NCBI GenBank assembly: GCA_963622995.1 | Contig: CAVFLH010000001.1 | Span: forward strand, 1 to 58,048 | Source of the DNA: an uncultured Eubacteriales bacterium | Lineage (GTDB): Bacteria > Bacillota > Clostridia > Lachnospirales > Lachnospiraceae | Length of the DNA stretch: 58,048 bases | Direction: 5' to 3' | In this document: in pieces, positions 10,040 to 18,439 of the stretch | Position numbering within the stretch: position 1 is the stretch's first letter | How the letters are laid out: each line of letters opens with the position of its first letter | Position numbers and translations under genes: made by a program | Notes under the pieces: model-generated | What the model saw: the letters and a program-made list of their open reading frames with translations, nothing else | What the model was told of the DNA's origin: nothing | The model's database searches: none

Positions 10040-10122
10040 GTACTTATTTGACCTGAATATCCAGAGCTCCGCCGCCTGGAATACAGGTCTTTCGTCAATA
10101 GTGGGCACACAAATGCCCATAC

Positions 10123-10174
10123 AAAAAACCTCTGCCCGGCACATTTCATCGTGTCCGGGCAGAGGTTTTTATTT
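10123..10174. terminator. Bidirectional intrinsic terminator
   Basis: AAAAAACCTCTGCCCGGCAC...GTGTCCGGGCAGAGGTTTTT between convergent genes. Confidence 0.85.
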
Positions 10175-10192
10175 TGGCCATATTTTTCTGTT

Positions 10193-11371
10193 TTAGATCT
10201 CTTTCATCTTCGTCCCGATCGCATGAACAACAAACGGAACGAACAATGTGATAAATGCCGCATAGCCGAGGTATGCGTAACCTCTCTTTACGACTGCCAT
10301 CAGGCCGAACTGTGCGATAGCGAAGGCGAGGAACGTGAAGATCAGGGTGAATACCGCGTTGCGGCCCAGGTGGCCTTTCGCGTGGGCCTCATCGCTGTCC
10401 ATACGGCGCTCGATGGCGTTTACGCAGCGGGTCACGATACCGGAGATCATGTTTACGGCTGTGGAGATCGCGCCGAGAATGATCAAGACGGAGATGATCG
10501 TTGTGAGCACGCCTGCGCCGACACCGTTCTGTACAAGGACGAGCATCGGAACGGATGCGCCGATCAGGGTGTCAGCATAGGCAACTGCCAGAAGTCCGAG
10601 GATCGATAACTCCATTGCGAAGAAGTTGCACACGAACATCCAGATCGCTGCCTTGTCGATCTGTTTTTCATCTGTTACAAACTCCATGTGCTGATACATA
10701 ACGGATACAGATGCTAACTGGAAGAAGAAGTACAGGACTGCGGACCAGAGCGCCGGTCCGAACGCGCCGGTCTCCTTGGAGATCACCGGCATTTCCCCGG
10801 ATGTCATCTTTCCGATGGAATCCATGATATCGCCCCACTGTGCCACGATGTTCGGGACGAGTACGAGCACAAGACCTACAATGATCAGAACACTCAGTGT
10901 AGACGCGCATTTGCGGACAACAGATGTTCCGAATAAAGCGATCAGGAAGATGAACACACCGATGATCAGAGTGCACATCCAGTACGGGATGCCGAACAGG
11001 GTCGCGATCGTGGATCCGCCTGTGGCGAATGCTGCTGCGGAGGCAGTTCCGATCATGATCAGGTAGCAGATCTCATAGAGGTTTGACATTACCGGGCTTG
11101 TCTTTCCGTACAGGCTGTCGGAAAAGCTGCGGTAGTCGTAAGTTTTGTGTTTATATGCGTAGCGCATGCCGTACCAGAAGAACAGTGCGTAGAGTCCCTG
11201 CGCAACTGCCGGCAGGATCAGGCACCAGATTCCGTAATTGATGAAATACTGGTAGATCTGTGCGCCGGAGGCGAAACCGCCTCCAAATTGTGTTGTGAAT
11301 GCCACGAACGCGAGTCCCATCGTGAGCGGCATTCTGCTCTTGTCGATCAGCAGACTTTTCTTTTCAGCCAT
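10193..11371 (-). CDS. YkvI-like multi-pass membrane protein, probable solute transporter
   Basis: About 10 TM helices, N-terminal FGGGFASGAQIYQYF and C-terminal VKRGYAYLGY as in YkvI-family proteins. Last gene of the etf operon. Confidence 0.65.
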   Translation of the reverse strand: MAEKKSLLIDKSRMPLTMGLAFVAFTTQFGGGFASGAQIYQYFINYGIWCLILPAVAQGLYALFFWYGMRYAYKHKTYDYRSFSDSLYGKTSPVMSNLYEICYLIMIGTASAAAFATGGSTIATLFGIPYWMCTLIIGVFIFLIALFGTSVVRKCASTLSVLIIVGLVLVLVPNIVAQWGDIMDSIGKMTSGEMPVISKETGAFGPALWSAVLYFFFQLASVSVMYQHMEFVTDEKQIDKAAIWMFVCNFFAMELSILGLLAVAYADTLIGASVPMLVLVQNGVGAGVLTTIISVLIILGAISTAVNMISGIVTRCVNAIERRMDSDEAHAKGHLGRNAVFTLIFTFLAFAIAQFGLMAVVKRGYAYLGYAAFITLFVPFVVHAIGTKMKEI

Positions 11372-11497
11372 AAGATTTTCCCCTTTTTAGCTCAGCAGTC
11401 TTTTCCGGCTGCTTTTATTTGCTTCCTGGAAGTTCACAGATCACTTCCCAGGCATTTTTCCACATGGATTCCGGCATTCAGCCGTCTTATCCACATC

Positions 11498-12916
11498 TTA
11501 CTTATTATATTCGATGACTTTTCCAGGATTTAAAATCAGCTTGTCATCAAACGCCAGCTTCACAGCCTTATAGAGCTTGATCATGCGCTCGCCGACGAAC
11601 TCCTCGAGGAATTCGATACGGCCGTTTCCGATACCGTGCTCACCAGAAAGCTGTCCGCCCAGCTCTTTTGACAGGGCGTAGAGTTCCTTTAAGCATGCAT
11701 GTGTCGCGCTCTTCCACTCCTCAGCGGACATTTCCGGTCCGCGGAGAAGCTCTGTGTGGATGTTTCCGTCGCCGCAGTGTCCGCATGGTTCTACCCGCAC
11801 GCCGTGGGATAAGGCGATCCTCTTTGCCGCCTTAACATACTCCGCGATCCGCGCTCTCGGAACAACGACATCGCACTCTTCCTGGGAGACAGAATCCGCT
11901 TTCATTCCCTCAAGGATCGCGCCGCGGACTGCCCATACGGTACCTGCCCGCTCCGGCGTGTCTGCAAGGAAACAGTCAAGCGCTCCATGGGCCAGCGCCG
12001 CCTCCGCTGCCGCCTCCACCGCGGAGTCAAGCTCCTGCTTACTGGACGCGTCGTACATAACGATCAGCACCGCCTCGCCCTGTTTTACCGGGAACATCTT
12101 ATTTAAGCTGCGCTCCACGATATCGATGAGCTCGCGTTCCAGGAATTCGATGGCTGTCGGCACGAACGGAAGTGCCAGAACCTGCGGAACCATATCCGCG
12201 CACTCTTCCAGGCTCTTGAACGGAAGAACCAGAGTACAGGAACATGTCGGAGCCGGTAAAAGCTTTAATGTCACCTGTGTCAGGATACATAACGTTCCCT
12301 CGGATCCGATCACGAGATCCTTGATGTCATATCCTGTCGTGTTTTTCACAACGTTAGATGAAAAGTTCATGATGGAGCCGTCCGGCATGACTGCCTCGAT
12401 GCAGCGGACGAAGTCTCTTGTCAGACCGTAGCGCACCGCCTTCATGCCGCCGGCGTTCGTGATAACGTTTCCGCCGATGGACGCCGTCTTTTCGCCCGGA
12501 TCCGGCGGGTAGAACAGACCTTCCGCCGCTGCTGCCGCCTGGATATCGATGAGCAGGGCACCCGGCTCTGCCGTGATGGTCTGGTTTTTATGGTCCACCG
12601 GGAAGATCTTATTCATTCTCATGATGGACAGCATGATTCCGCCGTACTTACATGTAGCGCCGCCTGCAAGTCCTGTTCCCGCGCCTCTGCAGACAACCGG
12701 GATATTTTCCTTGTAGGCGTATGCCATGATCGCTGAAACTTCTTCTTTATTGACTGCCTCGACGTAGAGCTCCGGCGGGTAAATTCCGTACTCCGGCATC
12801 TCGTCGCGGTAATATTCCTTCGCGATCTCCTCTCCGACCCAGACACGGCTCTCATCGGTCATGGAACGGATGGCATCAAAATCAGCTTCTGTCATCTTCT
12901 TATATGGGTATGCCAT
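11498..12916 (-). CDS. FAD-dependent 2-hydroxy-acid dehydrogenase (GlcD/LctD-like)
   Basis: RGAGTGLAGG, YPPDPG, SIGGNVITNAGG, GSEGTL; metal/substrate motifs GHCGDGNIH and SGEHGIG; C-terminal ILNPGK. Confidence 0.88.
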   Translation of the reverse strand: MAYPYKKMTEADFDAIRSMTDESRVWVGEEIAKEYYRDEMPEYGIYPPELYVEAVNKEEVSAIMAYAYKENIPVVCRGAGTGLAGGATCKYGGIMLSIMRMNKIFPVDHKNQTITAEPGALLIDIQAAAAAEGLFYPPDPGEKTASIGGNVITNAGGMKAVRYGLTRDFVRCIEAVMPDGSIMNFSSNVVKNTTGYDIKDLVIGSEGTLCILTQVTLKLLPAPTCSCTLVLPFKSLEECADMVPQVLALPFVPTAIEFLERELIDIVERSLNKMFPVKQGEAVLIVMYDASSKQELDSAVEAAAEAALAHGALDCFLADTPERAGTVWAVRGAILEGMKADSVSQEECDVVVPRARIAEYVKAAKRIALSHGVRVEPCGHCGDGNIHTELLRGPEMSAEEWKSATHACLKELYALSKELGGQLSGEHGIGNGRIEFLEEFVGERMIKLYKAVKLAFDDKLILNPGKVIEYNK

Positions 12917-12919
12917 TTC

Positions 12920-14110
12920 TTAGTCCTCCTTCCGATTCCGGATCAGTTCCGTGAGTTTCGGAACGACCTGATACAGGTCATCCACGATACAATAGTGGGC
13001 AACGCCGAAGATCTGCGCCTCCGGATCATTGTTGATCGCAACGATGCAGCCGGAGTTCTTCATGCAGGATGTAAACTGGATCGCGCCGGATACACCGCAG
13101 GTGATGATCAGTTGCGGGCGCACGGTTCTGCCGGAAAGTCCGATCTGGTGCGCGGTATCGCCGAAGCCATTCTCGATCATCGGGCGGGTGAATGCCAGCT
13201 GTCCGCCGAGGGCATCCGCCAGCTCCCTGCACATCTCTACGTCCTTCTCATTCTTTACGCCGCGTCCTGCAACGACGATGATGTCCTCTTCCTCAAGACT
13301 CTTTTTCTTGTCCATGATCTTTGAGGAGACGATCTCGATCCTGGAGCGGGCCATATCGTCCGTAACCTTACATTTCACGATCTCGCCGGTCGGATCCGCA
13401 ACCTTTTCTGCCCTGTCCATAATGCGGTAACGGACCGTCGCGAACTGCGGGCGTGCCTTTGTGATGGCGATCTGCGCCATAATGTTGCCACCGAATGCCG
13501 GGCGGATCTGGATCATGTCTGTGTTCGGCTTGATGTCAAGTGTCGTACAGTCTGCTGTCAGTCCGGTATGGAATCTCGTGGAAAGTCTCGGTGCCAGGGA
13601 ACGGCCGAGAGCTGTGGCTCCGATCAGGACAGAGCTCGGTTTTACCGCCGCGATGCAGTCTGCCACCGCGTCGGTATAGCAGTCTGCGCGGAAACCTTCA
13701 AATCCCGGATGCTCATAGACATAGACCTTGTCAACGCCGTAAGGAAGCAGCTTTTTCGCGTTCTCCTCTGTTCCCTCTGCGCCGACGATCACGCATTTTA
13801 CTTTATATCCGACTTTCGCCGCCAGCTTTCTCGCCTCTCCGATCAGCTCGAATGCTACCGGATGGATGTCGCCCCATTCCTGCTCCACGAAGATCAGGAA
13901 GTCTTTCCATTCTTTCTTGTCCACCGCACCGGCGCGCTGCTCGAAGGCGATGGCTTTCTCTGGACATTGGCGCACACAGAGACCGCACATACGGCAGGTA
14001 TCTCCGACGGTGATCCCGTCGCCTTCGATGGTCAAAGCTCCGAAGGGACATTTTTCCACACAGACTCCGCAAAGGCTGCATTTTTCTGCATTAAATTTAA
14101 TAAAACTCAT
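12920..14110 (-). CDS. etfA: Electron transfer flavoprotein alpha subunit with N-terminal 2[4Fe-4S] ferredoxin domain
   Basis: CSLCGVCVEKCP and CRMCGLCVRQCP, then GLTADC, RPAFGG, QIGLSG and GVSGAIQ. Confidence 0.92.
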   Translation of the reverse strand: MSFIKFNAEKCSLCGVCVEKCPFGALTIEGDGITVGDTCRMCGLCVRQCPEKAIAFEQRAGAVDKKEWKDFLIFVEQEWGDIHPVAFELIGEARKLAAKVGYKVKCVIVGAEGTEENAKKLLPYGVDKVYVYEHPGFEGFRADCYTDAVADCIAAVKPSSVLIGATALGRSLAPRLSTRFHTGLTADCTTLDIKPNTDMIQIRPAFGGNIMAQIAITKARPQFATVRYRIMDRAEKVADPTGEIVKCKVTDDMARSRIEIVSSKIMDKKKSLEEEDIIVVAGRGVKNEKDVEMCRELADALGGQLAFTRPMIENGFGDTAHQIGLSGRTVRPQLIITCGVSGAIQFTSCMKNSGCIVAINNDPEAQIFGVAHYCIVDDLYQVVPKLTELIRNRKED

Positions 14111-14119
14111 GGTTCCCTC

Positions 14120-14908
14120 CTAAATAAGCTTTTTCCCTGTAAGGATTCCGAACAGCTTCTTAGCCTTTTCCTCGGATGTTCCTTCCAGATATACTTTTTT
14201 CTCCGCTTCCGGCGGCGCGAACATGCGCTCAACAGCGGTCGGGGAACCGATCAGACCGTACCGGCTTAAGTTCTTGTCCGGCATGTCCTCAAATGTCATG
14301 ATGCGGACCGGGCGTTCTTTCGTCTGCTTCTTTAACTGGTAGGACGGGAGACGCGGCACGCACATATCTTTATCGACAGTGATCAGACATGGATACGGGA
14401 TCTTTGATACCTGGGATACGCTGACTAATTCCTGGCGTACCGTGATGGCCTTCGCGTCCGCCTCTGTCACCTCTGCCACCCATGCTGCGTGGGGGATGTG
14501 GAGATGTTCCGCGATGGCCGGGCCAACCTGGGCGGTATCGCCGTCCGTTGTCTGACGTCCACAGACGATGAGGTCTGCGCCGCCGAGTACCTGGATCGCC
14601 TGGGAGAGGGCGTAGGAAGTCGCCAGCACGTCCGCTCCGGCAAATTTTCTGTCTGATAAAATGACCGCATCATCTGCTCCCATGGTGTACGCGTCGCGCA
14701 CCATCGTCTCAGCCTGAGGCGGTCCCATCGTGAGCACTGTCACCGTTCCACCCACCTGTTCTCTCAGGCGGATCGCTGTCTCCAGTGCAAACAGGTCATA
14801 GGGATTCGTTCTCGTATCCCCTGACATTCTTTTCATTGCTCCGGTCTCCGGGTCGATATCGACCTTTGTTCCCGCCGGAACCTGTTTCATACATACAATG
14901 ATCTTCAT
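14120..14908 (-). CDS. etfB: Electron transfer flavoprotein beta subunit
   Basis: Starts MKIIVCMKQVP (ATG 14908). Motifs NPYDLFALE, FAGADVLATS and GRQTTDGDTAQVGP. Confidence 0.93.
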   Translation of the reverse strand: MKIIVCMKQVPAGTKVDIDPETGAMKRMSGDTRTNPYDLFALETAIRLREQVGGTVTVLTMGPPQAETMVRDAYTMGADDAVILSDRKFAGADVLATSYALSQAIQVLGGADLIVCGRQTTDGDTAQVGPAIAEHLHIPHAAWVAEVTEADAKAITVRQELVSVSQVSKIPYPCLITVDKDMCVPRLPSYQLKKQTKERPVRIMTFEDMPDKNLSRYGLIGSPTAVERMFAPPEAEKKVYLEGTSEEKAKKLFGILTGKKLI

Positions 14909-14960
14909 AACCGTATATTTCCTGCTTTCCGCTTTTCGCTTTATCGCTTTAAACTTTAGT

Positions 14961-14989
14961 ATTATACCACTTTTACGCATGTGTGTCGA
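14961..14989 (-). promoter_or_regulatory. Sigma-A promoter of the etf operon
   Basis: TCGACA-17 bp-TATAAT. Confidence 0.6.
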
Positions 14990-15222
14990 TACCATGGGGG
15001 AATTTATTTTTCTGTCCGGTGGAATCTACAGGATCAATCGAAGTTAGTCATAAGCATTCAAAATCCGATTGAAATCAATCATCGAACTGCCTCATTGCCC
15101 CGGTGTTCGTTTCGTGATAAAATAGAAACATCAATAAACGGGGTGGGTTGATGCGCTGCCCGCCGCAGGAGCTGGTTGATCTGCCCGCTCATTTTTAACT
15201 GCACGAGAGGAGGACTTAAATT

Positions 15223-15846
15223 ATGAATTCTATTTCCATCACCTGGAACGGTCATTCCTGTTTTACCATTGAAAAAGACGGATTCTCCATTGTCTTTGAT
15301 CCATATGGTCCAAATACGGTGCCGGGGCTTGTGCCGCTCTCCCTCACCGCAGACATGGTGCTCTGCAGCCATGAGCACGGTGACCACGGGTATACGGATG
15401 CGGTTGCAATCAAAAATTCCGGGGCGAAGAACCCGTTTTCCATCACGAAGATCGACACCTGGCACGACCCGGAGCAGGGTGCGCTCCGCGGACCGAACCG
15501 GATCCATATTTTGGAGACTGACGGGCTTAAGATTGCCCACATGGGTGATATCGGATGTCCTCTGATCAGGGAGCAGAAAGATATGTTAAAGCACTTCGAC
15601 GCGATCCTGATCCCGGTGGGCGGTTATTATACAATCGACGGGGCCCAGGCAAAGGCTATGGTAGACGATCTCGCTCCCCGCGTTGTAATCCCGATGCATT
15701 ACCGCTCCGACCACTTCGGCTATCCGGTGATCGGACGGCTTGAGGAATTTACGGGGCTCTGCCGGAATGTGGTGGAGTACGATTCCAATACGCTGGTGCT
15801 GACGGCTGAGACAAAGCCGCAGACGGCGGTCCTGAAGCTGAAATAG
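15223..15846 (+). CDS. Metallo-beta-lactamase-fold hydrolase (Lactamase_B_3-like)
   Basis: WNGHSCF, SHEHGDH (HxHxDH), HMGD, IPVGG and IPMHY. RBS GAGGAGG. Confidence 0.88.
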   Translation: MNSISITWNGHSCFTIEKDGFSIVFDPYGPNTVPGLVPLSLTADMVLCSHEHGDHGYTDAVAIKNSGAKNPFSITKIDTWHDPEQGALRGPNRIHILETDGLKIAHMGDIGCPLIREQKDMLKHFDAILIPVGGYYTIDGAQAKAMVDDLAPRVVIPMHYRSDHFGYPVIGRLEEFTGLCRNVVEYDSNTLVLTAETKPQTAVLKLK

Positions 15847-15858
15847 GATCATGATCCC

Positions 15859-15894
15859 GCTGCAGTCCTGCCTGGTCAGGCTGCAGCATTTTTT
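15859..15894 (+). terminator. Intrinsic terminator after the MBL gene
   Basis: GCTGCAGTCCTG...CAGGCTGCAGC followed by a T-run. Confidence 0.65.
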
Positions 15895-15960
15895 ATAACC
15901 TTAAGTTATGTGCCATATCAATACGCGCCATTTTATTTATGCCTGATCCTATGCTATAAT
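15895..15960 (+). promoter_or_regulatory. Extended -10 promoter with upstream LysR-type dyad
   Basis: TGCTATAAT at 15952-15960 and ATAAC-N5-GTTAT (T-N11-A) at 15895-15909. Confidence 0.55.
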
Positions 15961-16060
15961 GAGGAAACGAAAGAATTCATGAACTGTTAAGGCGGCTGAC
16001 GGTCTATATCTTCGCAGCTGTCTTTTAATATTTCTTAGATGAGAAAGGAACATATAAGTC

Positions 16061-16543
16061 ATGGCAGAAGGAACGATCTTTAAATTTCATAATGACCTTG
16101 ATACCGATCAGATCATTGCATCCCAGTATCTGCTCTTACCGAATCTGGAAGAGATGAAAGAACACACATTCGAGTCTCTTGACCCGGATTTTCCGAAAAA
16201 AGTAAAACCGGGCGATTTCGTAGTAGGCGGCGAGAACTTCGGCTGCGGTTCTTCCAGAGAACAGGCACCGGGCGTCTTAAAAGCTCTTGGAGTACAGGCT
16301 GTTGTAGCGAAATCCTTCGCGAGAATCTTCTACAGAAATGCCATCAATATCGGACTTCCGGTTATCGTCTGTAAAGACCTGCCGGACGACGTAAAGACCG
16401 GCGACACCATGGAACTTTCCATGTCTGACGGAACTGCTCACGCAAACGGAAAGACATATTCCTGCACAAAACTGCCGGAATACATGCAGAACATCTTAAA
16501 TCAGGGCGGATTGATCGCTTCTTTAAACCGTGAGGAGGAATAG
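16061..16543 (+). CDS. Aconitase-family small subunit (LeuD/HacB/DmdB-like), copy 1
   Basis: DLDTDQII, NFGCGSSREQAP, KSFARIFYRNAINIG and GGL tail. Confidence 0.9.
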   Translation: MAEGTIFKFHNDLDTDQIIASQYLLLPNLEEMKEHTFESLDPDFPKKVKPGDFVVGGENFGCGSSREQAPGVLKALGVQAVVAKSFARIFYRNAINIGLPVIVCKDLPDDVKTGDTMELSMSDGTAHANGKTYSCTKLPEYMQNILNQGGLIASLNREEE

Positions 16544-16547
16544 GACA

Positions 16548-17798
16548 ATGGGAATGACAATCGCAGAAAAGATCATCGCGGCGGCAGCCGGAGTTGAGAG
16601 TGTAAAACCGGGAGATATCCACACCGTAGCACTTGACTATTTAATGAGCAACGACGGAACCACACATCTGACCGTAGATATGTACCGCAATAAGTTAAAA
16701 CATCCTCGCATCGCTGATACAAAGAAGATGGTATTCATTGTAGACCACAATGTTCCGTCTGACTGCCCGAAGACAGCGGCATCCCAGAAGAAGATGCGTG
16801 ACTTCGCAAAAGAAAACAACATCGATTTCTGGGAAGGCAAAGGCGTCTGCCACCAGATCATGATGGAACACTATGTATGCCCGGGCCAGCTGATCTTCGG
16901 TGCTGACAGCCACACATGTTCCTACGGCGCTCTCGGCGCATTCGGTACCGGCGTTGGATGTACAGACCTTCTTTACGGCATGGTAACAGGAAAATCCTGG
17001 GTTCTCGTTCCAGAGACTGTAAAATTCAACCTCGTCGGAAAGCTGCCGGAAGGCGTTTACGCGAGAGACCTGATCTTAACCATCATCGGCACCATCGGCG
17101 CAAACGGCTGCAACTACCAGGTTATGGAGTTCACCGGCGAAGGCGCTAAGACATTAAGCATCAGCGAACGTATGGTCCTCTGCAACATGGCTGTTGAGGC
17201 AGGCGCAAAGACTGGTATCTTCGAGCCGGATGAAAAAGCCATCGAATATCTGGAAGCTCACGGAAGAAAGCCGAAGGCACTCTTCACAAGCGACCCGGAT
17301 GCTGTATACGCAAGAGAATATACCTTTGACCTCTCCAAGATCCGCCCGGTAGTGGCAAAACCAGACTTCGTTGACAATCTGGTTCCGGCTGAGGAAGTCC
17401 GCGGCGTGAAGATCGACGAGGCATTCTTAGGTTCCTGCAACAACGGACGTATCGAGGACTTGAGAGTCGGCGCTTCCATTATTAAAGGAAAGAAAGTTGC
17501 CGAGAAGGTTCGTTTCCTTGTGGTTCCGGCAAGCCAGGATATCTACCTCCAGGCATTAAAAGAAGGTCTGATCGACACCTTCATGGAAGCCGGAGCAATT
17601 GTTATGAACCCGAACTGCAGCGTATGCTGGGGCAGCTGCCAGGGCGTTATCGGAGAAAATGAAGTCCTGATCAGCACCGGTACAAGAAACTTCAAAGGAC
17701 GCGCAGGACATCCGAGTTCTAAGGTATATCTTGGATCCGCGGCGACGGTTACGGCATCTGCTATCAAGGGTGAAATTGCGTTAGCAAGTGATTTATAA
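16548..17798 (+). CDS. Aconitase-family large subunit (LeuC/HacA/DmdA-like), copy 1
   Basis: MGMTIAEKI, GVCHQ, GADSHTC; Fe-S ligands in GSCNNGR and CSVC; RNFKGR. ATG 16548 follows an RBS inside the upstream gene end. Confidence 0.9.
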   Translation: MGMTIAEKIIAAAAGVESVKPGDIHTVALDYLMSNDGTTHLTVDMYRNKLKHPRIADTKKMVFIVDHNVPSDCPKTAASQKKMRDFAKENNIDFWEGKGVCHQIMMEHYVCPGQLIFGADSHTCSYGALGAFGTGVGCTDLLYGMVTGKSWVLVPETVKFNLVGKLPEGVYARDLILTIIGTIGANGCNYQVMEFTGEGAKTLSISERMVLCNMAVEAGAKTGIFEPDEKAIEYLEAHGRKPKALFTSDPDAVYAREYTFDLSKIRPVVAKPDFVDNLVPAEEVRGVKIDEAFLGSCNNGRIEDLRVGASIIKGKKVAEKVRFLVVPASQDIYLQALKEGLIDTFMEAGAIVMNPNCSVCWGSCQGVIGENEVLISTGTRNFKGRAGHPSSKVYLGSAATVTASAIKGEIALASDL

Positions 17799-17931
17799 GC
17801 TGTAAAACTACAGAAGCTGTTTCCGCATCCAGCCCGCTTTTTGTGGGCGGATGTGTTATTAAAATCGATGCAGAAATCTGCAGTTTTGATCGTGATTAAA
17901 TATATCTACATAGAAAATGAGGACAACTAAC

Positions 17932-18423
17932 ATGGAAAAAATGACTGGAAAGGTCTGGATCCTGGGCGATGACATCGACACCGATATCATCATCCCGACC
18001 GAGTACCTTGCATTAAAGACCATTGACGATATGAAACAGTACGGCTTCAGCCCGCTCCGCCCGGAGTTAGCTGCGCAGATCAAACCTGGCGACATCATCG
18101 TTGCCGGAAAGAACTTCGGCTGCGGTTCCTCCAGAGAGCAGGCACCGGAGATCATCAAAGCTCTGGGAATCCAGTGCGTGATCGCGAAATCCTTCGCGCG
18201 CATCTTCTTCCGCAACTCCATCAACAACGGCCTGCTCTTAATCGAACAGCCGACACTCCACGATGACATCAAAGAGGGCGACACCGTATCCGTCGTGATG
18301 AACGAGCACATCGACTACAACGGAAAAGAGTACCCGATCGCGTCTCTTCCTGAGAACCTGATGGACATTATCCGCGCTGGCGGCCTTGTAAAAGCCATGC
18401 GCAAGCTGAATGGTTTGGACTAA
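17932..18423 (+). CDS. Aconitase-family small subunit (LeuD/HacB/DmdB-like), copy 2
   Basis: DDIDTDIIIP, NFGCGSSREQAP and KSFARIFFRN. ATG 17932 with RBS GAGG. Confidence 0.9.
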   Translation: MEKMTGKVWILGDDIDTDIIIPTEYLALKTIDDMKQYGFSPLRPELAAQIKPGDIIVAGKNFGCGSSREQAPEIIKALGIQCVIAKSFARIFFRNSINNGLLLIEQPTLHDDIKEGDTVSVVMNEHIDYNGKEYPIASLPENLMDIIRAGGLVKAMRKLNGLD

Positions 18424-18439
18424 ACAGGAGGAAAGCGAA

